Made by a program: the position numbers and the translations under genes. Below are positions 57,299 through 64,000 of a DNA stretch of 64,000 nucleotides, piece after piece (the stretch's first letter is position 1; every line of letters starts with the position of its first letter). This stretch comes from an uncultured virus (IMG/VR IMGVR_UViG_3300005823_000001). Lineage: Duplodnaviria > Heunggongvirae > Uroviricota > Caudoviricetes. The DNA lies in the IMG/VR virus record IMGVR_UViG_3300005823_000001, one strand, 5' to 3'. Under the pieces are notes generated by a model that worked only from the letters and a program-made list of their open reading frames with translations, was not told where the DNA came from and did no database searches.

Positions 57299-57766
57299 AT
57301 GAAAAAGAAGGAAGCTATAGAGGCCCTCCGGCAAGCTGAGCGCCGGTTGAGAGCCATCAAAGATGAGCAGGATAGCCTTAGCTATGAGCATGATGGGATG
57401 TGGGAGACTATCTACCGGTGCTTTGACGCCATAGAGGGTGCCGGTCAACCGGCCCGTTTCCTTACTGAAGAGGGAATGGTATTAGCCAGAGAGCTAGCCC
57501 GTCATCCTCAGGATGGCCGCATAGACCTTAAGGCCCTGGCCGCAAAGCTTACACCTGAACAATGGAAGGCTGTAACCCGTACTGAGCGGGTATTCGATGA
57601 AGGTCGCCTCAATAAGGCGGTCGAAAAGGGTATAGTGCCTCTCGCGCTAGTAGAGGGCTCTGTCCTCAGTAAGGCACCGGTGCCACGTCGCATACATAAG
57701 ACGTGTACCAAAGATGAGGCTGAGCAGCTACAGTCTCAAGGCCGCCTGCTGCGAATCGTAGCTTAG
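57299..57766 (+). CDS. Hypothetical protein (coiled-coil N-terminus)
   Basis: AGGAG RBS before MKKKE. Confidence 0.65.
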   Translation: MKKKEAIEALRQAERRLRAIKDEQDSLSYEHDGMWETIYRCFDAIEGAGQPARFLTEEGMVLARELARHPQDGRIDLKALAAKLTPEQWKAVTRTERVFDEGRLNKAVEKGIVPLALVEGSVLSKAPVPRRIHKTCTKDEAEQLQSQGRLLRIVA

Positions 57767-57780
57767 TAAGGGGAGCAACC

Positions 57781-58425
57781 TTGCGTGTATGGATAGGTAT
57801 CCTATCTTTAAGTATTGTCATACTAGCAGCTATAGTAATAGCAGGAGAGTATAGTGGAGAACCTAGAGCCTCGCTGGATGGGCCTGATAATAGTGGTATC
57901 GTGTTCCGTCGGGATTATCCTGATAGGGGCAGCTATAGAACTGCTGATATCCTGGTATGGGAAGCGAAAATGGCAACGCCTATACCAACGATTAAGGCGG
58001 CCTCGCTAACACCTACAGTATTCGATTTCCACACCCAAACCCCTGTTATAGCATCCTCTTATGGCCCATATTATGATGAGGTAGTATGGATTACCCACTA
58101 CCTCTGCATAGGTGACAGCACCGGTATATATTGCCCTACCTGGATGTGTGATACATGCAACCTTACTAGGTGGGGAGCAGAAGTAGGGCCATATGTAGCA
58201 GCCTGCGATCCGGCGAGGAAGCTATGGCAATTCGAGCTATTCGGTGATGTATTCACCTGCTGGGATACCGGCTCAATGGTATGGGGAGCGCATGTGGATA
58301 TTTGGTGCTACGATTTTGACCACTTTGGAGTGCCAGGTACGCCTGAGTACGAGCTACCTTGCCCGCCGGTTACTAATGCTGCCTATGAGAGGGTTATTTG
58401 GAAGATACCTACTGAGGCTCAGTAA
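57781..58425 (+). CDS. Membrane-anchored 3D-domain (MltA-like) cell-wall enzyme
   Basis: N-terminal TM; ITHY, T.WG...VAACDP, DTG....AHVDIW. Confidence 0.75.
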   Translation: MRVWIGILSLSIVILAAIVIAGEYSGEPRASLDGPDNSGIVFRRDYPDRGSYRTADILVWEAKMATPIPTIKAASLTPTVFDFHTQTPVIASSYGPYYDEVVWITHYLCIGDSTGIYCPTWMCDTCNLTRWGAEVGPYVAACDPARKLWQFELFGDVFTCWDTGSMVWGAHVDIWCYDFDHFGVPGTPEYELPCPPVTNAAYERVIWKIPTEAQ

Positions 58426-59122
58426 CAGTATACCCCATCGCCTTTAGTCGCCATATATAGTGCTTAGCGGCCTTGAGAAACGGAGGCCCTTGTATACTAG
58501 GGTCATCCTCGTAGTGCTTGAGCCATCCCTCATTATCTGCTCGTATCTCGTCCTTTTCTTGCTCTAGCTCAATTCCCCGCTCTAATTTCTTTATACGCTC
58601 TTCCCAATTCGACATAGGCTCTTCTCCTATATTGTCTAGCTCTGGCACCCATTCTTGCCACCTATTACCAGGACAGGCCGTACCATGTCCAGGTAGAGCC
58701 CAATCCCTATGGCCCTTGACCGGCACTCGCCGCTCTAGCTCCCAGCGCCACTTCTGCACTAAGGCCCTAGCTGTCTCCATCGCCGCCGGTGTAGGCAAAT
58801 CGTTCTGGAGATTTCCTACAAAGGCGAAAGATAGTATCTCGTGATTACGAGAGGCGACACCGGCCCGCTGCTGAATGATAGACCCACATATGTAGCCTCT
58901 GCCGGACATGAATACTAGGGCTGTATAACCAATGCCTCCCCACAACCTAGGAGCCGTATTATGAAAGAGGTTGATGAATTTGATATGATTTAGCTCATCC
59001 TCTACTGTCGGGTTAACCCGCATATAGAAGCTGACGGTATGATGGGCTCCGATGCCTATAATACCATCGGGATTCCTAGTATCGTAACCTGCGTCAACGA
59101 TGGTGCTTACATCTGCGAACAT
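58409..59122 (-). CDS. Endolysin, N-acetylmuramoyl-L-alanine amidase (Amidase_2/PGRP-like)
   Basis: AHHT, W.GIGY, GHRD, TACPG. Confidence 0.9.
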   Translation of the reverse strand: MFADVSTIVDAGYDTRNPDGIIGIGAHHTVSFYMRVNPTVEDELNHIKFINLFHNTAPRLWGGIGYTALVFMSGRGYICGSIIQQRAGVASRNHEILSFAFVGNLQNDLPTPAAMETARALVQKWRWELERRVPVKGHRDWALPGHGTACPGNRWQEWVPELDNIGEEPMSNWEERIKKLERGIELEQEKDEIRADNEGWLKHYEDDPSIQGPPFLKAAKHYIWRLKAMGYTVTEPQ

Positions 59123-59128
59123 CGTGGA

Positions 59129-59632
59129 TCACCCCAAAATCGGTGCTTTCTTATCTAGGCTAACTGGCTCCATATATCCTTTTCCACAATGGGGGCAAAT
59201 CAAATCCGATGTACGTTGTCCATATCTAATTGGGTTAATCCATAGCTCCAGATTTTCTAGCCGGTTATCAGCCTTGTTGCCATTCTTGTGATGTACCGAT
59301 TCACCCTTACGTAGAGGCCGTCCTAATATATGAGTCATTACTACACGGTGTTCCTCAATAGCTACGCCGTCAAAGAACCTAATGTACATATAGCCTCTAC
59401 CGTCTCGGAAACGGTCGTGTCGTGGCAATTTGCGTACACGGTTGTAAGCGTTTTGCCTCCATCGTCGCCTCAGGCACTTTCGGCAGTAGACACCCATTAG
59501 GGTTTCTACTTCCATACCGCAATCTAAGCAAGTGGCTATTTTATATCCACGCTCTGCTCGTAATCGTTGTACACAATCCGAGCAGTATATATAACACGAT
59601 GTTGCTATGCCGCATTCTCGGCACTCTTTCAT
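59129..59632 (-). CDS. HNH endonuclease
   Basis: EHRVVM..ILGRPL...[20 protein letters not shown]-terminal Zn fingers. Confidence 0.92.
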   Translation of the reverse strand: MKECRECGIATSCYIYCSDCVQRLRAERGYKIATCLDCGMEVETLMGVYCRKCLRRRWRQNAYNRVRKLPRHDRFRDGRGYMYIRFFDGVAIEEHRVVMTHILGRPLRKGESVHHKNGNKADNRLENLELWINPIRYGQRTSDLICPHCGKGYMEPVSLDKKAPILG

Positions 59633-59724
59633 CTACGCCCTCCTCAGAAGTGGGATTTAGCGGCCCTGAGCGCCAAATCTGGGCCTTCCGGCGATGAAAT
59701 CAGTGTCAACCCCTAGCCCCATTT

Positions 59725-59970
59725 CTAGCCGGTCGTCCGCTTTATAGCCCAAAAAGCCAAGGCTCCACCGGCAACGGCCCTAACCAGACCACCGCCTATA
59801 TTGACTAGCCATTCCTTCCAGTCGGTAATCACTGTAGGGTCAAATTGTACCAGGATTTCCAGTACGAAGATGCACCCCGCCACCAGACCAGCCATCAGCA
59901 ATTCAGCTACAAGCCGGAAATTGTACTGGCTGATATCCTGTACACCCTCGTCTAGCTTTTTAGGTAGCAT
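59725..59970 (-). CDS. Holin (2 TM)
   Basis: Two hydrophobic helices and a basic tail; lysis context. Confidence 0.7.
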   Translation of the reverse strand: MLPKKLDEGVQDISQYNFRLVAELLMAGLVAGCIFVLEILVQFDPTVITDWKEWLVNIGGGLVRAVAGGALAFWAIKRTTG

Positions 59971-59989
59971 AACATCCCTCCCTCTACAA

Positions 59990-60049
59990 GCCTGAGCGGG
60001 TATACACCATAGGGGGAGTATGGTGCGCCTTTCGCGTACCCGCTCAGGC
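59990..60049 (-). promoter_or_regulatory. Three-way-junction RNA element upstream of the holin RBS
   Basis: 13-bp perfect stem enclosing a GAAA-capped arm and a 7-bp hairpin with loop CUCCCCC. Confidence 0.6.
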
Positions 60050-60061
60050 CGTCACCCCCTG

Positions 60062-60268
60062 CTAATATAAGCGGCCTGCTAAAATAGCTACAGAAGCCAG
60101 AACAACTGGTATTGCCCATCTAAGGAGGCTAATCATACCATTCATCTTGTCTAGCCGTGTTTCTATAGAATCGAGGCGACCTTTGACATGTACTATGTCT
60201 TCATCTAAGCGCTTATTTAGACCCTCGCACATCTCCTTAAGTATAGCGGTAGCTGATTTTCCTGGCAT
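60062..60268 (-). CDS. Holin-like/XhlA-like protein (coiled coil + C-terminal TM)
   Basis: RLDSIETRLDK then a hydrophobic C-terminus. Confidence 0.6.
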   Translation of the reverse strand: MPGKSATAILKEMCEGLNKRLDEDIVHVKGRLDSIETRLDKMNGMISLLRWAIPVVLASVAILAGRLY

Positions 60269-60280
60269 GTATAGTACTCC

Positions 60281-61069
60281 TTACTTGGCGGTAAAGAATT
60301 TATATCCTATAGCAGTTTGTATCTCATCTCCAGGCCCCCAATTAGGGCTCTCCGGTATCCAGATGGAGCCGCCGGTATGCTCTAATATACAGCTTGGGAA
60401 GTTATACAAGCGTCCGGTCATTACACACATAGGGCCATGAGTGGAGCCGGTGCAGGGTATAAGGGCTAAATTGTGCATTAGCTCATGCATTACGGCTCCA
60501 TAGGCCCTATTAGCTGTCCAGAAGCCATCTACGCCATCTCCTGTCTCGTGGTTAGTGATGGCCTCTATACCCATCGTCATAAAGAAGGATATACCAGGCA
60601 CACGCATAAAGCCAAGTCTACCTGGTACTTGGCCCTCCGTCTGGCCGAACCAATCACCTCCTACAGTGCCATATAGGTTAAGCTCGTTGGTAGGATCATC
60701 GAGGAAGATATACCAGGCGTTATGGCCATCGAAATTACAGTACCCGCTATCCTTTAGACGATTCACTATAGATAGCAGGCTGTAGCCCTTAGATGGGCCT
60801 GGTATTTGAGCAGCATGTAGCTTCCAGTTAGGAATCTGTATACTAAACTTGTTCAGCCATCCGTTTATCCTACCAGGAATCTTAGCCAAGCCGCTTTTGT
60901 ATTCGGTCTTGGGCTCACGGTCAAAAGCTACCACTATGAGGTTAACGGTATAAGCGTTTTCGCTAGATGTTGTTGGCCAAGCCTGTCTTAGCTGGCCTAT
61001 AGTGGTTAGCTTAGCCGCCTCAAATGTAGCTGCTATTTGCGCTTCTAGCTTCTCCAAGTCAGTAGGCAT
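60281..61069 (-). CDS. Zincin-like metallopeptidase
   Basis: VMHELMHNLAL followed by a CVM Met-turn-like motif. Confidence 0.65.
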   Translation of the reverse strand: MPTDLEKLEAQIAATFEAAKLTTIGQLRQAWPTTSSENAYTVNLIVVAFDREPKTEYKSGLAKIPGRINGWLNKFSIQIPNWKLHAAQIPGPSKGYSLLSIVNRLKDSGYCNFDGHNAWYIFLDDPTNELNLYGTVGGDWFGQTEGQVPGRLGFMRVPGISFFMTMGIEAITNHETGDGVDGFWTANRAYGAVMHELMHNLALIPCTGSTHGPMCVMTGRLYNFPSCILEHTGGSIWIPESPNWGPGDEIQTAIGYKFFTAK

Positions 61070-61072
61070 GCA

Positions 61073-64000
61073 TCACCTCGTTACCGGCTGTAGCAACTTA
61101 AGCTCGCCTATAGCCCCTAAGTTCTCCTCGCCCTCATCCATGCGCTTTACATCGTACTTATACGGCTCAGGCCGCCTATTCCAAGCCAATAGAGGGTTAG
61201 TATCAGAATCGCTAATAGCGACATGCGCTACGGTAGCGCTCTGTTTAGTTACACCTCCAATAGCGCCACTGTCTTTCTCTATAAGAACATCATCAGCTAT
61301 GGCTGTTTCACGTACAGTAGCTTTAAGCAGCCAGGTGCTTATATCCGTACCGTCGGGGAAGGTTACACGTATAATAACGTCACATCCTTGATAGAATTCA
61401 ATATCTGTCTCTACTGCCACATCTACACCTCCTACTATGTCTATATACTTTTCGATAGTGGCTTGTATGTCTATGATTAGACCAGGTAGTGTAGCCCGTA
61501 CCGTTAGACTGCCTACGCCAGCTAGAGCGGCAGAGCCCTTATAAGCGACGGCTGCTGCTGCCGACGCCTCACCAATACCGGCCAAGGTAGCACTACCCTT
61601 AAGGATGCTGATAGCAATAGCGCTAACGTCGCCAACACCGGCCAATGTAGCTGAGCTACGACGTACCGCTCTACCATCTGCTGTAAGGGCTCCGACACCG
61701 GCCAAGGTAGCAGAGCCTACCTTTTCCACCTTGCCTATAACAGATACATTGCCTACACCAGCTAGGGTGGCTCGGCCATACACCTCGCCGCCTACAGTAC
61801 CAAGGGCTGATAGGTTTCCTATACCGGCTAGTGTAGCAGCCCCTACTAGGCCCATTATAGCATGAGCTTGCAAATCTCCCGCACCGGCCAATGTAGCTGA
61901 GGCTAAGCGTACACAGGCACCGGCCCCTGACAAGGCCCCTACACCCGCTAAGGTAGCGCTTCCTAGGGTTATAACTCCACCTGATACACTAACTGTACCT
62001 ACACCGGCTAGGGTAGCGGCCCCTGGACGTACAAGACCACTACTAGCGGTACACCCACCTACACCGGCTAACGTAGCTATGCCAACATGCTCAACGGTAG
62101 CTGAACAGGTAAGGCCACCTGCGCCAGCTAAGGTGGCTTGGCCATATACCTCAGCACCTACAGTGCCAAGGGCTGATAGGTCGCCTATACCGGCCAGCGT
62201 ACCTGAGCCCGCAAGGGTAGCAGATCCGCTAGCGCTCAAATCACCTATACCGACTAAGGTAGCAGAGCCGCTAGTTATCCGGCTACCCGTAGCAGATAAG
62301 GTTCCTACACCTGCTAGAGTGACTGTACCTGCCCTTGTTACGTTAGCAGCACATGTAAGCGCTCCGGCCCCAGCTAGGGTAGCTGAGCCCGTTACTATCG
62401 CTTGAATAACGGTAGCGGAAGCAGATAGGTTACCTATACCAACGAGTGTAGCTGAGCCTATCCGTTCTACGCTGGCACTACAAGTAAGGCCACCTATTCC
62501 TGCTAGGGTAGCTGAGCCTGTTACTATCGCCTGAGTGACAGTAGCTAAAGCAGTTAGACTGCCTATACCTGCTAGCGTAGCCGAACCTGCCCTTATTACG
62601 CTGGCATTACAAGCAAATGCTCCAACCCCAGCAAGTGTAGCTGAGCCTGTTCGTTCCACACCGGCGCTAGCTGATAGGTTGCCTACACCCGCTATAGTAG
62701 CGGCCCCTGGCCTGATAACACCACCACTAACAGATAAGGTTCCTATGCCAGCTAAGACGCCTGCACCCGTAGCCTCTATAGTAGCGCTACATGCGCAATC
62801 ACCCACACCTGCTAACGTAGCTGTACCATATACCTCAGCACCTACAGTACCTAAGCAAGATAGGTCACCTATACCGGCTAGAGTGGCTGTGCCAGTACGT
62901 TCGATAGTGGCACTACAGGTAAGAGAACCTACACCAGCTAAGGTAGCAGAAGTGCCACGTATAACAGTGGCGTTAGCTGAGCAATCGCCTATACCTGCTA
63001 GTGTGGCTGAACCTGAACGTATAACGCCGCCACTAGCAGATACATTACCAATACCGGCCAGTGTAGCAGCCCCTGGCTTAGTTAAGCCACCACTACACGT
63101 AAGGGCTCCAACTCCAGATAGCGTAGCTGAGCCTGTCGCTTCCTTAGCAGCGCTACAAGCAAGAGAGCCTACACCAGCTAGGGTAGCTGAGCCATATACT
63201 TCAGCACCAACAGTAGCTAAGGCAGATAAGTTTCCTACACCAGCCAGTGTAGCTGAACCTATAGCCTCAATGCTAGCGCTACAAGTGAGATTGCCTACAC
63301 CGGCGAGCGTAGCTGAGCCTGGACGTATCAGGCCAGCAGCAATAGATAAGCCACCAGCACCAGCTAGGGTAGCTGCTCCTGGCCTTACTAAGCCGCCACT
63401 ACAAGTAAGATTAGCTACACCGGCTAAGGTGGCTGTACCATATACTATTGCCTGGATGACAGTAGCACTACAAGATAGAGTGCCAACGCCTGCCAGCGTA
63501 GCTGAGCCGGTACGTTCTACGCCGCCTAAGGCAGATAAAGTACCTATACCAGCTAACGTAGCTGCACCTGGCCTAGTAATGCTTGCGCTACAGGTAAGGC
63601 TGCCTATGCCAGCCAAAGTAGCTGTGCCGTATACTATTGCTTGAATGACACTAGCTGAACAAGTAAGGCCACCAACACCCGCTAATGTAGCAGAGCCCCC
63701 TAATATTCTTGTAGCTGCGATAGATAGGTCGCCAACACCGGCTAGTGTAGCTGCGCCTACCGCTTCTTTTGCAGCTACACAAGTAAGGTTACCGGCTCCT
63801 GCTAATGCGGCTGAACCTATACGCTCTACACCGGCGCTACAACTCAAATCACCCGCACCAGCTAGGGTGGCGCTACCTGGCCTTACTAGGCCGCCACTAC
63901 AAGTAAGGCCGCCTATTCCTGCTAATGTAGCTGAGCCGATACGCTCAATACCGGCGCTAACAGATAGGTCGCCTACTCCAGCTAGGGTAGCTGAGCCGGT
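61073..64000 (-). CDS. C-terminal part of the GxATLAGxG-repeat tail fibre/filament protein with terminal beta-sandwich (BppU-like) domain
   Basis: The frame stays open from 63847 to 64000; about 40 repeats of ~20 aa; C-terminal YQG.D...YKYDV...GEL.L...VTR. Confidence 0.85.
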   Translation of the reverse strand, partial: TGSATLAGVGDLSVSAGIERIGSATLAGIGGLTCSGGLVRPGSATLAGAGDLSCSAGVERIGSAALAGAGNLTCVAAKEAVGAATLAGVGDLSIAATRILGGSATLAGVGGLTCSASVIQAIVYGTATLAGIGSLTCSASITRPGAATLAGIGTLSALGGVERTGSATLAGVGTLSCSATVIQAIVYGTATLAGVANLTCSGGLVRPGAATLAGAGGLSIAAGLIRPGSATLAGVGNLTCSASIEAIGSATLAGVGNLSALATVGAEVYGSATLAGVGSLACSAAKEATGSATLSGVGALTCSGGLTKPGAATLAGIGNVSASGGVIRSGSATLAGIGDCSANATVIRGTSATLAGVGSLTCSATIERTGTATLAGIGDLSCLGTVGAEVYGTATLAGVGDCACSATIEATGAGVLAGIGTLSVSGGVIRPGAATIAGVGNLSASAGVERTGSATLAGVGAFACNASVIRAGSATLAGIGSLTALATVTQAIVTGSATLAGIGGLTCSASVERIGSATLVGIGNLSASATVIQAIVTGSATLAGAGALTCAANVTRAGTVTLAGVGTLSATGSRITSGSATLVGIGDLSASGSATLAGSGTLAGIGDLSALGTVGAEVYGQATLAGAGGLTCSATVEHVGIATLAGVGGCTASSGLVRPGAATLAGVGTVSVSGGVITLGSATLAGVGALSGAGACVRLASATLAGAGDLQAHAIMGLVGAATLAGIGNLSALGTVGGEVYGRATLAGVGNVSVIGKVEKVGSATLAGVGALTADGRAVRRSSATLAGVGDVSAIAISILKGSATLAGIGEASAAAAVAYKGSAALAGVGSLTVRATLPGLIIDIQATIEKYIDIVGGVDVAVETDIEFYQGCDVIIRVTFPDGTDISTWLLKATVRETAIADDVLIEKDSGAIGGVTKQSATVAHVAISDSDTNPLLAWNRRPEPYKYDVKRMDEGEENLGAIGELKLLQPVTR
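61490..64000. repeat. Degenerate coding tandem repeat, ~60-69 bp unit
   Basis: Recurrent CC(T/A)A(C/T)ACCnGCTAnnGTAGC on the + strand. Confidence 0.9.

Noticed and set aside
59129..59725. HNH gene as part of a self-splicing intron in the lysis genes
   Set aside because: Holin and amidase each look complete with their own RBS; no group I/II core was recognised.
62535..63644. Long + strand ORFs here and opposite other genes (for example 1077-1730, 9182-9805, 11117-11725, 30006-30626)
   Set aside because: They are antisense shadows of well-supported minus-strand genes, with no RBS or recognisable motifs.
61490..64000. Tandem repeats as a CRISPR array
   Set aside because: The units are degenerate at third codon positions, in frame, and encode a protein repeat; there is no identical repeat/unique spacer structure.
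1..64000. TAG stop-codon reassignment suggested by abundant TAG/CTA
   Set aside because: Long conserved genes are intact in the standard code, many end in TAG directly before the next gene, and no suppressor tRNA was seen.
1..64000. Prophage/lysogeny module, tRNA or tmRNA genes
   Set aside because: No integrase, CI-like repressor, host flanks or T-loop/CCA cloverleaf patterns were recognised by eye.

Overview
The window is an apparently near-complete (~64 kb or slightly more) tailed-phage genome of siphovirus type, with most genes on the minus strand. Both ends lie in the same kind of ~20-aa-repeat tail gene, which suggests a circular or permuted assembly. It has a full morphogenesis module (TerS/TerL, portal, MuF fused to a zincin domain, protease-scaffold, Mu gpT-like capsid, connectors, tail tube, frameshifted chaperone, tape measure, tail tip and fibres). 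It also has a lysis module (amidase, holins), an autonomous replication/recombination module (DnaE, DnaG, DnaB, SSB, RecA, UvsY-like, RuvC, SNF2) and two ECF-like sigma paralogues. No integrase, tRNA or CRISPR array was seen. The most interesting content is: (1) a thymidine-replacement/hypermodification set (dUMP hydroxymethylase-like TS homologue, 5-hmdU DNA kinase-like protein, MazG-like and HD nucleotidases) with no recognisable downstream transferase, alongside divergent PyrE and PyrF homologues; (2) an FkbM/GT2/radical-SAM cassette between terS and terL plus a GT4 in the neck genes; (3) a ~430-nt highly structured candidate ncRNA at 56.17-56.60 kb; (4) strong TA/CTAG enrichment with GATC avoidance, interrupted by TA-free islands. 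All family assignments come from motif recognition by eye; no database searches or folding programs were run.
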